A DNA stretch of 64,000 nucleotides from Ignavibacteriota bacterium. Its GTDB lineage: Bacteria; Bacteroidota; Ignavibacteria; UBA10030; UBA6906. Location: NCBI GenBank assembly GCA_963801355.1, contig CAWDEM010000008.1, positions 1,184,001 through 1,248,000 of the forward strand, in the 5' to 3' direction. A program made the position numbers and the translations under genes. The notes beneath the pieces were generated by a model. That model ran no database searches, had not been told where the DNA came from, and saw only the letters and a list, made by a program, of their open reading frames with translations. This document shows, in pieces, positions 39,098-48,359 of the stretch (positions are counted from its first letter, which is position 1; each line of letters starts with the position of its first letter).

Positions 39098-40105
39098 ATG
39101 GACAGCACCGATCTCCGGCAGGACCAGGTGTTCTTCGGAAGAAGCGATGAGCTGTACGAGCTTACGCGAAATCTTCAGCGGGGCAGGCACACGCTGCTCA
39201 TCGGCGAGAAAGGGATCGGAAAATCGCGGCTTATGCTTGAGGCAATCAGGATACTTTCAGGGAAGGTGCGCTCCATCGAATTCTCCGCCGGGGTCACGGC
39301 GCGTCTCCGGGGTCAGCTCGCCTCCCGGTTGAGTCCGGATTACTACAACATTCTGTACGTCCGGCATCCCACGCCGATGGGCGATTGCGTCAAGGAGATT
39401 GCGGAACAGCTGCACAGCCTGGAAGTGCTCCGCCTCGACGGGAACAAAGACAAACAAGATTGGCCGACAATGCAGCGACATATTGTAAAGCTCGGGAGCG
39501 TGAAAGCGCAGGCATTCATCCTGGACGGGATTTCCCGCTCCGATCGCCATCATCTGGTGTTCTTTGACAACCTTGACAGGATTTCCCCTCCGCATCAGGC
39601 ATTTCTGGAGGCACTGCTCAGTATCGCGGTGGTATGTGCGGCGGTGGTGCAGATGAAAGATCAGTTCATATTCAAACGGATCTGGGCGTCATTTGCCAGG
39701 ATTGAAGTGAAGCCGTTCGGTCAAGCGGAATCGCTTCAAATCATCAATCACTACCTTGAGCATTACCCTATCCGTGTCATCGATCGGGAACTCTATCGTC
39801 GTGAGGTACTGAAGGCCGCGAACGGCAACCCGTTCCTCATCAAGAATCTTCTCTGGCATACCTCATGCGAGCGTCATGTGGGCCTGGATGACATCCGGGG
39901 TCTCCGGCGTGTGGAAGACGGACCGTTTTTCAATATGGGCCCGATCTACATCTTCGTCGCCAGCATGTTCACGATATTCAAGATCTTCTCGCTGGGAACG
40001 AACAACTCCGAGTTCTACATCTACTTCTCCGCCCTCGGGTTCCTGGTCTATCTCACGTTCCGCATATTCAGGACATTTTTCTTGTTCCGGCCACACCACA
40101 GGTAA
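39098..40105 (+). CDS. P-loop AAA-type ATPase with two C-terminal TM helices
   Basis: FFGRSDEL, Walker A GEKGIGKS, Walker B VFFDNLD, ANGNP, and a hydrophobic C-terminal hairpin. Confidence 0.85.
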   Translation: MDSTDLRQDQVFFGRSDELYELTRNLQRGRHTLLIGEKGIGKSRLMLEAIRILSGKVRSIEFSAGVTARLRGQLASRLSPDYYNILYVRHPTPMGDCVKEIAEQLHSLEVLRLDGNKDKQDWPTMQRHIVKLGSVKAQAFILDGISRSDRHHLVFFDNLDRISPPHQAFLEALLSIAVVCAAVVQMKDQFIFKRIWASFARIEVKPFGQAESLQIINHYLEHYPIRVIDRELYRREVLKAANGNPFLIKNLLWHTSCERHVGLDDIRGLRRVEDGPFFNMGPIYIFVASMFTIFKIFSLGTNNSEFYIYFSALGFLVYLTFRIFRTFFLFRPHHR

Positions 40106-40108
40106 ATC

Positions 40109-40175
40109 GGGGTCAGACCCCTGTGCGCCCCTGTGCGCATAGGGCCTGACCCCTGAATGACTCCCCTGAATGACT
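40109..40175. repeat. REP-like GGGGTCAGACCCC palindrome pair with short tandem duplications
   Basis: GGGGTCAGACCCC at 40109 and GGGCCTGACCCC at 40142; CCCCTGTGCG x2 and CCCCTGAATGACT x2. Confidence 0.7.
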
Positions 40176-40179
40176 TGGA

Positions 40180-40422
40180 TTAGCTGGGATCCCGCGCGTA
40201 CTGTGAGGCGTAGTGGTCAAGGAGGCTCCGGATCATCTTCTGGTATTGCGTCCGGTTCTGCTTTGCCATGCGCTTGAAGAACCTCACGCTGGATTTGCTC
40301 AAGGCAATCGTAATCTTGACCTTGTCATCCCGCAGCACCAGCTCATGGGGGGGAGGCAGGAAGTCCTTCACCACCTGAACGGGACCCATGTTCTCATCCG
40401 TGTACTTTATTCGCTTCCTCAT
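40180..40422 (-). CDS. BrnA/CopG-like antitoxin
   Basis: MRKRIKYTDE..DFLPPPHEL..KITIALSKSSVRFFK..YQKMIRSLLDHYA, an RHH antitoxin type found with BrnT. Confidence 0.8.
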   Translation of the reverse strand: MRKRIKYTDENMGPVQVVKDFLPPPHELVLRDDKVKITIALSKSSVRFFKRMAKQNRTQYQKMIRSLLDHYASQYARDPS

Positions 40423-40491
40423 ATAGCCTTTTTCCCGATTTTCACGGTCTTTGTCTTCATCCCACTCGAACCGGACTGTTTGCTTAGACAT
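40394..40491 (-). pseudogene. BrnT toxin remnant with the central part deleted
   Basis: N-terminal RFEWDEDKDRENR directly abuts, in another frame, a BrnT-like C-terminus GKRLYEEANKVHG* that overlaps the antitoxin start. Confidence 0.72.
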
Positions 40492-40620
40492 TGTACGAAA
40501 TTATATGGATAAATAGCAATTATTTTGTATGGCTTGATACTATTACATTCAAGCCGAGGGATTTTCGAAAGCTGATCTGGAGAAATTCCTGGAAGGCTGC
40601 CCACTGGCAAGGCCCGGGCC

Positions 40621-40676
40621 AATTGTCAATAGTCAATGGACTATCGACAATCGTCAATCGGTTGGGGCCTGACCCC
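40621..40676. repeat. Composite hairpin element, copy 1
   Basis: ATTGTCAATAGTC-AATG-GACTATCGACAAT hairpin followed by GGGGCCTGACCCC; 34/42 identical to 54630-54671 by hand count. Confidence 0.7.
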
Positions 40677-40795
40677 TGCGTCACTTGAAGAATCATTGTT
40701 TTCAAGCTATATTGGGCTACAGGAATCCCTGGACGTTCCCCCCCTTTGGCAACCACCGGATCGTCTTCGTTCTTACGATTGCATCGGACTACCAT

Positions 40796-42997
40796 ATGAA
40801 TGCTCTTTCACGCAGAAAATTTCTGAAGATCTCCGGGGCGGCAGTGGGCGCCGCTGCGGCCGGAACGGCAGCAATGCGGGCTGCAGGGCCGATCGCCTCG
40901 GCCACTTTGCCAACCGCGAAAGGCCTGCAAAAAGTCCCGACATTCTGTGACATCTGCTTCTGGAAATGCGGGACCATCGCATACGTCAGGGACGGAGAAC
41001 TCTGGAAGGTGGAAGGCAACCCGCTCGATCCCCTGAGCAATGGCCGGTTGTGTCCGAGAGGCACTGGAGGTGTCGGAGCCCACTACGACCCCGACCGCCT
41101 CAGAGCACCGCTGGTGCGCAAGAACAACCGCGGCCAGGAGGAATGGTTGGAGGTGACGTGGGACGAGGCATTTGCGTTCATTGCGGAAAAGATGCAGGCC
41201 ATCAAGACACAGTACGGACCGGAGTCCGTCGCCATGTTCAGCCATGGCATCGGCGGGAATTTCCTGAAGCATATGCTCAAGGCGTACGGGAGCCCGAACA
41301 TCGCCGCCCCGTCATTTGCACAGTGCCGTGGACCCCGTGATGTGGGGTTCCGGCTCACCTTCGGCGAGGATGTCAGCTCCCCCGAACGCACGGATATCCG
41401 CAACGCCCGCTGCATCGTTCTCCTGGGAAGCCACCTCGGGGAGAACATGCACAACACCCAGGTGCAGGAATTTGCTGACGCCGTCGGCGCTGGCGCATCG
41501 GTAATTGTCGCAGACCCCAGGTTTTCCATCGCCGCCGGAAAAGCAAAGTACTACCTCCCGGTGAAACCGGGGACGGACATCGCCCTCCTCCTCGCATGGA
41601 TGCACGTGATCGTCACCGGGAAGCTGTACGATCATGAATATGTTGCGAAGCACGGTTTTGGATTCGAACAGTTCGCCGCCTCCCTGACACCGTTTACTCC
41701 GGAGTGGGCATATCCCGAGACCGGCATCGAACCGGCGGTGATCGAAGCCACCGCACGCGAGATGGCAGCGTACAAACCCGCAACGCTCGTCCACCCCGGA
41801 CGCCACGCAACCTGGTACGGTGACGACACACAGCGCAGCCGCGCCATCGCATTGCTGAATGCGCTCCTGGGCAGCTGGGGCCGCAAGGGCGGCTTCTATA
41901 CGCCCGTCAGCATGGATCTGCCCGGATACCCCTACCCGGAATACCCCGCAAGCAAGCTGGGGAAGGTCGACAATCCCGACCACAGATATCCCTTCGCTCA
42001 CGAAACCATCACCACCGGCATCCGGGAAGCCACGATTACCGGCAACCCGTACCCGATCAAGGGATGGTGGGTGTATGCCACGAACCTCATCCACGCACTT
42101 CCCAATGAATCGGAAACAATCAAAGCAATTCAGAACCTGGATCTCATGGTAGTTGTGGATGTGATCCCGAGCGAAATCGCCGGATGGGCCGATGTAGTGC
42201 TTCCGGAGTCGGTGTACCTTGAGCGGCACGACGATCTGAACGTAGAGTGGTTCCGCGAACCGTTCATCGCCCTCAGACAGCCCGTTGTCGCGGCCCCTCA
42301 TGAACAGAAGCCGAACTGGTGGATCGCAAAGAAGATGGCTGAACACCTCGGCCTGAGCGCATACTTCCCGTGGAACGATATTGAAGAATACCTCCGATAC
42401 CGCCTTTCCGCCGGCGGCATTGACTACGAGCGCCTCAAAAAAGACGGCATCATCAGGGGACCCGCACAGCCCATCTATTACGAAGAGGGTCTTCCACCGG
42501 TGTTCCCCACGCCCAGCGGAAAGATTGAATTCTACTCACCGCAATTGCAGAAGGCCGGTTTCGATCCGGTGCCCGTATATCATAGACCTCCACCCGGTCC
42601 GCCGGGGTACTACCGTCTCCTGTACGGACGGGCACCAGTCCATTCGTTCAGCAGAACCCACTCCAATCGTATTCTCTCTGACATGATGGAGGAAAACGAA
42701 ATCTGGGTCAACACGCAGACCGCACGCCATCATGACCTGGTGCACGGCCAGTATGTGCGGCTCAAGAATCAAGATGGCGTTGTCAGCAACCGCATCAAAG
42801 TAAAGGTCACGGAACGTATACGTCCGGAGTGCGTCTACATGGTCCACGGCTTCGGCCACAACAGCCGGATGCTCAGGCATGCCTTCGGGAAGGGTGCGAG
42901 CGATGCTCAGCTCATCACGCGTTATACAACCGACCCGTTGATGGGCGGCACGGGAATGAGCAACAACTTCGTCACCTTTGAATCCGTGGAGGCCTGA
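40796..42997 (+). CDS. psrA: Polysulfide/thiosulfate reductase molybdopterin subunit (PsrA/PhsA family)
   Basis: Tat signal SRRKFLK, CDICFWKC..LCPRG Fe-S motif, AQCRG Mo-ligand Cys, ADVVLPE, TPSGKIEFYS and VYMVHGFG. Confidence 0.9.
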   Translation: MNALSRRKFLKISGAAVGAAAAGTAAMRAAGPIASATLPTAKGLQKVPTFCDICFWKCGTIAYVRDGELWKVEGNPLDPLSNGRLCPRGTGGVGAHYDPDRLRAPLVRKNNRGQEEWLEVTWDEAFAFIAEKMQAIKTQYGPESVAMFSHGIGGNFLKHMLKAYGSPNIAAPSFAQCRGPRDVGFRLTFGEDVSSPERTDIRNARCIVLLGSHLGENMHNTQVQEFADAVGAGASVIVADPRFSIAAGKAKYYLPVKPGTDIALLLAWMHVIVTGKLYDHEYVAKHGFGFEQFAASLTPFTPEWAYPETGIEPAVIEATAREMAAYKPATLVHPGRHATWYGDDTQRSRAIALLNALLGSWGRKGGFYTPVSMDLPGYPYPEYPASKLGKVDNPDHRYPFAHETITTGIREATITGNPYPIKGWWVYATNLIHALPNESETIKAIQNLDLMVVVDVIPSEIAGWADVVLPESVYLERHDDLNVEWFREPFIALRQPVVAAPHEQKPNWWIAKKMAEHLGLSAYFPWNDIEEYLRYRLSAGGIDYERLKKDGIIRGPAQPIYYEEGLPPVFPTPSGKIEFYSPQLQKAGFDPVPVYHRPPPGPPGYYRLLYGRAPVHSFSRTHSNRILSDMMEENEIWVNTQTARHHDLVHGQYVRLKNQDGVVSNRIKVKVTERIRPECVYMVHGFGHNSRMLRHAFGKGASDAQLITRYTTDPLMGGTGMSNNFVTFESVEA

Positions 42998-42999
42998 CC

Positions 43000-43539
43000 A
43001 TGGCACGCTACGGAATGGTGATCGATACGGTGCGATGCGTGGGCTGTATGGATTGTGTCGTGGCCTGCAAGACCGAAAACGGCGTTCCCGAAGGGTACGA
43101 CAGAGACTGGATTGTGTACGACTCGAAGGGACAATTTCCGGATCTGCATATGGAGATCCGGAGTGAGCGGTGCAATCATTGCGACAATCCGCCCTGCGTC
43201 TATTGTTGTCCCTGCGGCGCCAGCCACATCCACGAACGCGGCGGTGTCGTGCTGGTGCATCATGACAAATGCAGCGGCTGCAAGGCCTGCATCGCCGCCT
43301 GCCCGTACGACGCCCGTTTCATTCATCCCGAGGGATACGCCGACAAATGTACGTTTTGTATCCACCGCGTGGAAAAGGGCCTGGACCCCGCATGTGTCGC
43401 CGTCTGCCCGACGCACTGCATGCACTTCGGCGATCTGGAAGATCCCAACAGCAACGTCAGCCGCCTGCTGGCTTCCCGCAAGCACCACGCCCTGTTGACG
43501 GCGGCAGGGACGGAGCCGCAGATATCGTATCTGGACTGA
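43000..43539 (+). CDS. psrB: 4Fe-4S electron transfer subunit (PsrB/NrfC family)
   Basis: CVGCMDCVVAC, CNHCDNPPC..CP, CSGCKACIAACPY and KCTFC..PACVAVCP. Confidence 0.92.
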   Translation: MARYGMVIDTVRCVGCMDCVVACKTENGVPEGYDRDWIVYDSKGQFPDLHMEIRSERCNHCDNPPCVYCCPCGASHIHERGGVVLVHHDKCSGCKACIAACPYDARFIHPEGYADKCTFCIHRVEKGLDPACVAVCPTHCMHFGDLEDPNSNVSRLLASRKHHALLTAAGTEPQISYLD

Positions 43540-43566
43540 TAACCGAACAAGGAAACGAGTGACACG

Positions 43567-44518
43567 ATGCGTGAATTGGTGACAACACGAGCGAATCCGA
43601 TGATCGACCCTGCCCTGTACATCTGGGGATGGGAGATACCGGTGTACCTGTTCCTCGGTGGATTGGTTGCCGGGATGATGATCATCTCGGGATATTTTCT
43701 TTTCAAAGGACGCCAAAAGGAGATGTCCTGTTCCTGCCTGACACTTCCCTTGCTGAGCGTCGTTCTCCTGAGTCTGGGTATGCTGGCTCTCTTCCTTGAC
43801 CTTGATCACCGCTGGTATTTCTGGCGGATGTACACGACGTTCCAGCCGGCATCGCCGATGTCGTGGGGATCGTGGATCCTCATCCTCGTCTACCCCGTGC
43901 TCCTTGCGAATGCGCTCATACGTACGCCGGCCTGGCTTCGAGAGACGTGTTCCCCTGACGACGACGCTGTCAGAACGCTTGCAGGCACACAGTGCGACGG
44001 TGAAGTTCATCGGTATCATGAACATGGCGCTGGGTGCATCCCTCGGGATTTACACGGGAATCCTGCTGAGCGCACTGGGGGCACGGCCGCTCTGGAACAG
44101 CTCCATACTCGGTCTCCTCTTTCTCACCTCCGGACTCTCTTCCGCAGCCGCGTTCGTGCACCTGGTGGCGTCTGACCCGTATGAACAGAAGCTTCTTGCA
44201 AGAGCCGACATCGGGTTCCTGTCAGTCGAACTCGTCCTCATTGCGATGTTCTTCATCGGACTCGTCACCAACACGCAGGCACACATGGAATCAGCTCTCC
44301 TGCTCCTGAGCGGCCCGTATGCCCCGGTGTTCTGGGTGTTCGTAATCATCCTCGGCATTGTTGTGCCGCTCATTGTGCAGTCGATGGCGGTGAACAACAA
44401 AGTCGCCCACACGCCGGTTGCCCCCGTTCTTGTTGTTCTGGGAGGATTGATACTCCGCTTTGTGGTCGTCGAGGCGGGTCAGGTAAGTCACTGGACACGT
44501 ATACTTCAATCGAACTAG
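43567..44518 (+). CDS. psrC: NrfD/PsrC membrane anchor, +1 frameshift near 43939
   Basis: WGWEIPVYLFLGG and SPMSWGSWIL in the first frame; YTGILL..RPLWN and GGLILRF in the second. Removing one base gives PAWLERRVPL. Confidence 0.88.
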
Positions 44519-44534
44519 GGAGATCTCTTTATGC

Positions 44535-45113
44535 ATGAAGATGCACAATCATTTACCGCTGAGTATGGCCGGCACAGAGCGTCACCAGACCGTGCGTCAC
44601 GCACCTCAGCCGTACACGCACCCGTACCTTGCGGGGTTCGGACTCGGACTGGTTCTCCTTGCATCGTTCGTCATCATGGGTCGCGGCCTCGGCGCATCCG
44701 GCGCATTCAGCTCGCTGGTCGCAGCCGGTGTCGACGCTGTCGCACCGGAGCATGCCCGCTCGAACGTGTTCTATGCGGAATATCTTGGCGACGGATCCAG
44801 AAGCCCGCTGATGGACTGGTTGGTCTTCGAGGTGGCTGGCCTTTTTGTCGGCGGGTTTCTTTCGGGCATTCTGGCCGGGCGCGTACGAAAAGGAATTGAA
44901 CGAGGCCCATCGATCACCAACCAGGGGCGACTGCTCCTCGCATTTGCCGGGGGCAGCCTCATGGGGATCGGCGCGAAGCTTGCCAGGGGTTGTACAAGCG
45001 GCCAGGCCATGACGGGCGGAGCCTTACTGAATGTCGGAAGCTGGGCGTTCATGATGTGTGTGTTTGCAGGTGCGTACGCAATGGCGTATTTCGTGAGGAG
45101 GCAATGGCTATGA
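44535..45113 (+). CDS. YeeE/YedE sulfur-compound transporter family protein
   Basis: PYLAGFGLG, GLGASG and GAKLARGCTSGQA. Confidence 0.88.
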   Translation: MKMHNHLPLSMAGTERHQTVRHAPQPYTHPYLAGFGLGLVLLASFVIMGRGLGASGAFSSLVAAGVDAVAPEHARSNVFYAEYLGDGSRSPLMDWLVFEVAGLFVGGFLSGILAGRVRKGIERGPSITNQGRLLLAFAGGSLMGIGAKLARGCTSGQAMTGGALLNVGSWAFMMCVFAGAYAMAYFVRRQWL

Positions 45114-45712
45114 GCGCACCCTTCTACAAATTCGGCTTGTTCGGCGACAATGTGAGCCTGATCGTCGCATTCGTCATCGGGATCGGGTTCGGATTCTTCC
45201 TTGAACGGGCCGGCTTCGGCAGCGGCCGGAAACTGGCAGCCCAGTTCTATTTCACCGATCTCACCGTGTTCAAGGTGATGTTCACTGCCATCATCACGGC
45301 AATGCTTGGACTATTCTACCTGTCATGGCTCGGGTTCCTCGACCTCCCGCAGGTCTACCTCACACCTACATACCTCGTCCCGCAGATTGCGGGCGGTGTC
45401 TTGCTCGGCATAGGGTTTGTCGTCGGCGGGTACTGTCCCGGAACCGCATGTGTGGCAGCATCCACAGGCAAGCTCGACGGCGTGGTAAATCTTCTCGGCA
45501 TCATCTCGGGGATTTTTGTGTTCGGCGAGCTGTTCCCCATGATAGAAGGGTTCTTCTATTCAACGCCGATGGGACAAATTACGCTGCCGCAGCTCTGGAA
45601 CATTCCCTACGGAATCATCGTGTTTCTGGCTGTGCTGATGGCCATCGGAGGATTCTCCGGGGGGACCTGGGTTGAAAAGAGGATGGCGGCACGAAAGGGA
45701 GGGCATTCCTGA
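45110..45712 (+). CDS. YeeE/YedE sulfur-compound transporter family protein
   Basis: GFGFFLERAGF, VFKVMFTAI and GGYCPGT. Start set at ATG 45110, overlapping the previous stop. Confidence 0.88.
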   Translation: MSAPFYKFGLFGDNVSLIVAFVIGIGFGFFLERAGFGSGRKLAAQFYFTDLTVFKVMFTAIITAMLGLFYLSWLGFLDLPQVYLTPTYLVPQIAGGVLLGIGFVVGGYCPGTACVAASTGKLDGVVNLLGIISGIFVFGELFPMIEGFFYSTPMGQITLPQLWNIPYGIIVFLAVLMAIGGFSGGTWVEKRMAARKGGHS

Positions 45713-46371
45713 TGAAAACCCTCATCAAGAATTTGAAACCGACCCATAAGGCCGGGCTCCTGGTGGGCCTCCTCGCCCTGATCGCGGCATTCGCAGGAAG
45801 CCCGTACCAGGGAACCCGGTATACGATCGATGAGCAAGAGCTGGCCCGCATTGTGGAGGGAACCACCGACCATGTCAGCCCCGAAACATTGGCCGACTGG
45901 CTCATCCAGGGCAAAACGGATTTCCGGCTGATCGATATCCGTACAGACAAGGAGTACGCAGCATATCACATTCCCGGAGCAGAAAACGTGCCGTTGACAG
46001 CCCTGCCGGAGTACGGCCTGCAGAAGGCGGAAAAGATCGTGATCTACTCGGAGGGGGGCATACATTCAGCCCAAGCATGGTTCCTTCTGAAGGCGAAAGG
46101 ACACCGCGCCGCCTACATGCTGTTCGGCGGACTCGAGGAGTGGAAGGATAAAGTGCTCTTCCCGTCCCTTCCCCCGAACGCGAGTCCCGCACAACTTGTG
46201 GAGTTCGCGAAGATGAAAGAAGTGAGCAAGTTTTTCGGAGGAACTCCACAGACAGGACCGGCAGAGCCATCGCAACCCCCCTCGCTGACAATGCCGAAGC
46301 TGGAAATGCCGCAGGCAGCACAGGCTGCCCCGGGCAGCACTCCGAAGAAAAAGAAAAAGGAAGGATGCTGA
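45712..46371 (+). CDS. Membrane-anchored rhodanese-like protein with active-site Ser and C-terminal KKKKKEGC
   Basis: LIDIR, YHIPGA, IVIYSEGG and LFGGLEEW motifs; N-terminal hydrophobic helix. Confidence 0.85.
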   Translation: MKTLIKNLKPTHKAGLLVGLLALIAAFAGSPYQGTRYTIDEQELARIVEGTTDHVSPETLADWLIQGKTDFRLIDIRTDKEYAAYHIPGAENVPLTALPEYGLQKAEKIVIYSEGGIHSAQAWFLLKAKGHRAAYMLFGGLEEWKDKVLFPSLPPNASPAQLVEFAKMKEVSKFFGGTPQTGPAEPSQPPSLTMPKLEMPQAAQAAPGSTPKKKKKEGC

Positions 46372-46985
46372 AAGACCCTCGCACTATCAGCGGTGCTGTG
46401 CTTGCCGGTGGATCCGGCAGGCGTGTGAAAAGCGACAAGGCGCTGCTGACCTTGAACGGCACGACACTTCTTGAACGGAGTATCGGGATCCTGATGCCCG
46501 CTGTCAGCCGCGTGGTCGTGGCTGTAGGCATGGCGAACCGCTACACCGTTCAGGACGTTGAATTCATTGGCGATCCCATTCCCGCATGCGGCCCTCTCGG
46601 TGGAGTGCTCGCCGCACTAGAGGAATCCACTGCTGATGAGGTGTTCGTTCTCGCATGTGACCTTCCTTTCATCACTACCGATGTGATTCGCTTTCTCATT
46701 GAGGCCGAACCCGGGTGTGCAATCGTTGTTCCATCTTCAGAGGGCGATGTGCAGCCGCTCTGCGGACGCTATGCTGTATCCCTGAAGGGCGCCCTTCGCG
46801 GATTTCTGCAGGGCGGCGGAAGGAAGGTGAGGGATTTTGTCGCTTCCCTGCCGAACAAAGTTGTTGACATCGCGCCGGGTCATTTCCTGTACCGTCCATA
46901 CCTGCTTTCGAATGTGAACACCGACGAAGAACTGAAGTTCGCAGAAGCGTTCATGAAGATGGGAAGAAGTGGACGTGCACCATGA
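46365..46985 (+). CDS. mobA: Molybdenum cofactor guanylyltransferase
   Basis: VLAGGSGRR..DKALL, GPLGG, ACDLPF, QPLCGRY and NVNT. Confidence 0.9.
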   Translation: MLKDPRTISGAVLAGGSGRRVKSDKALLTLNGTTLLERSIGILMPAVSRVVVAVGMANRYTVQDVEFIGDPIPACGPLGGVLAALEESTADEVFVLACDLPFITTDVIRFLIEAEPGCAIVVPSSEGDVQPLCGRYAVSLKGALRGFLQGGGRKVRDFVASLPNKVVDIAPGHFLYRPYLLSNVNTDEELKFAEAFMKMGRSGRAP

Positions 46986-47064
46986 CCATTGGAACACGTG
47001 CACCATGACCATTGGAACTCGTTCACCATGAACATTGGAACACGCTTATCATGAACATTGGAAC
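46973..47064. repeat. Four-unit 23-bp tandem array (CATGA[C/A]CATTGGAAC plus 8 variable bases)
   Basis: Cores start at 46981, 47004, 47027 and 47050; linkers are ACGTGCAC, TCGTTCAC and ACGCTTAT. Confidence 0.9.
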
Positions 47065-47081
47065 ATAGTAGCATTTGCCTG

Positions 47082-48359
47082 ATGGACACATCACACAACA
47101 CTGGTCCCGACCTTTCTCCCCTCTCTCTTCGCTGGCAGCGGGCTGCGATGCTGGGGAGCCTCTGGGCCGCAAACGAGATCGTACTGGGCAGTTTTCTGCA
47201 CAACGTTGGGATTCCTTTCGCCGGCACCATCCTCGCATGCATTGGCGTGACTCTGCTTGTTGCCGGCCTCTGCCTCTGGGATGATCCAGGTGTCATCTGG
47301 CGGGCGGGCGTGATCTGCTCGCTCATGAAGTCCATCTCCCCAAGCTCGGTGATTCTAGGTCCGATGATCGGCATTCTCACCGAAGCGGTGCTCATCTATT
47401 TCTTCGTGGTTGCCTTTCGCCGCACTTCACTTGGATGTATCCTCGGTGGCATTGCCGCTGCCGTCACTCCCCTTGTGCAGAAAGTCATCAGCATCATCAT
47501 TGCCTACGGCATGGATGCCGCACGGATGTACGAGAATCTGTTCTCACTCTTCTCGGAGAGGCTGCAGTTCCGGAGCCTGGATGCGCGAGAAGCCCTCCTC
47601 CTGCTGATAGCGGCACAGGCGGTTCCCGGGGCGCTGGCAGCGGTCGCCGGTATTGCAATCGCGCGTCGAGCCCGGAGTGTCCCTCCCACCCAGGTTTCCG
47701 AAATAGAGTCGGGGAGTGGGGACTCAGCCGCGTTCCAGGCATCCTCCCAACGCTACTCGATTCCCGCGCTGTTTCTGCACTTTGCGGTGATTCTCGCCGG
47801 GCTTGCACTGATACCGGCCCTGCCGCAGCTTCTCACACCCATCCCAGTGGCAGTTTACCTTCTCGCGGTCCTCTACTGGTATCCTGGTGTGCGTCCGAAA
47901 TTCAAACGGGCACGACTATGGCTGGAATTTGCCGGTGTGGCCATTCTCGCAGGTGTGCTGCTGGGAGTCCTCGCGCCAGGCGGAAAAAGCACATGGTGGA
48001 CGGGGCTGCAGAGCGGCGTTGTTATGGTCTCCCGGGCCACGCTCGTCATCACGGCCTTCAGCGCGATCAGCATCGAACTGCGCAACCCGGTTGTGGTCAA
48101 CTGGTTTCTCGAGCGCGGACTGGGTACCGTTTCAGCAGCGCTGCACATGGCGTTTCGCGCCCTTCCGGCGATGACGCAGTCCCTCAATCAGGGCCGCGAA
48201 TGGGCGCGGCACCCCCTGAGGGCATTCAGCTCAATGCTTGCCTTCATGCTCGCACAGCTGGGGGAAACGCCCCGGGACGGGACACTCGAGAATTCCCGGG
48301 GAGGGACACTGGAGAATTCCCGGGTCTCAACCCCCTCCAACGGCCCTGCTTCAACCTGA
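47082..48359 (+). CDS. Multi-pass membrane protein of unknown function
   Basis: About 11 hydrophobic segments; [23 protein letters not shown] and KSISPS..ILGPM. Confidence 0.8.
   Translation: MDTSHNTGPDLSPLSLRWQRAAMLGSLWAANEIVLGSFLHNVGIPFAGTILACIGVTLLVAGLCLWDDPGVIWRAGVICSLMKSISPSSVILGPMIGILTEAVLIYFFVVAFRRTSLGCILGGIAAAVTPLVQKVISIIIAYGMDAARMYENLFSLFSERLQFRSLDAREALLLLIAAQAVPGALAAVAGIAIARRARSVPPTQVSEIESGSGDSAAFQASSQRYSIPALFLHFAVILAGLALIPALPQLLTPIPVAVYLLAVLYWYPGVRPKFKRARLWLEFAGVAILAGVLLGVLAPGGKSTWWTGLQSGVVMVSRATLVITAFSAISIELRNPVVVNWFLERGLGTVSAALHMAFRALPAMTQSLNQGREWARHPLRAFSSMLAFMLAQLGETPRDGTLENSRGGTLENSRVSTPSNGPAST
48271..48324. repeat. In-frame 24-bp tandem duplication at the gene end
   Basis: GGGACACT[C/G]GAGAATTCCCGGG x2, encoding GTLENSR twice. 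Confidence 0.75.

Noticed and set aside
33889-40491. Intact prophage or classical ICE
   Set aside because: No integrase, structural, packaging, relaxase or T4SS genes, and I found no att-like direct repeats by eye.
40180-40491. Novel 103-aa fused toxin-antitoxin protein
   Set aside because: Better explained as a deletion in brnT that puts its first codons in frame with the antitoxin.
40796-46371. Selenocysteine recoding in the psr cluster
   Set aside because: The PsrA ligand is Cys (AQCRG), there is no in-frame TGA, and the psrC break is an indel.
46973-47064. CRISPR array
   Set aside because: The core is only 15 bp, the linkers are 8 bp and related to each other, and no cas genes are present.
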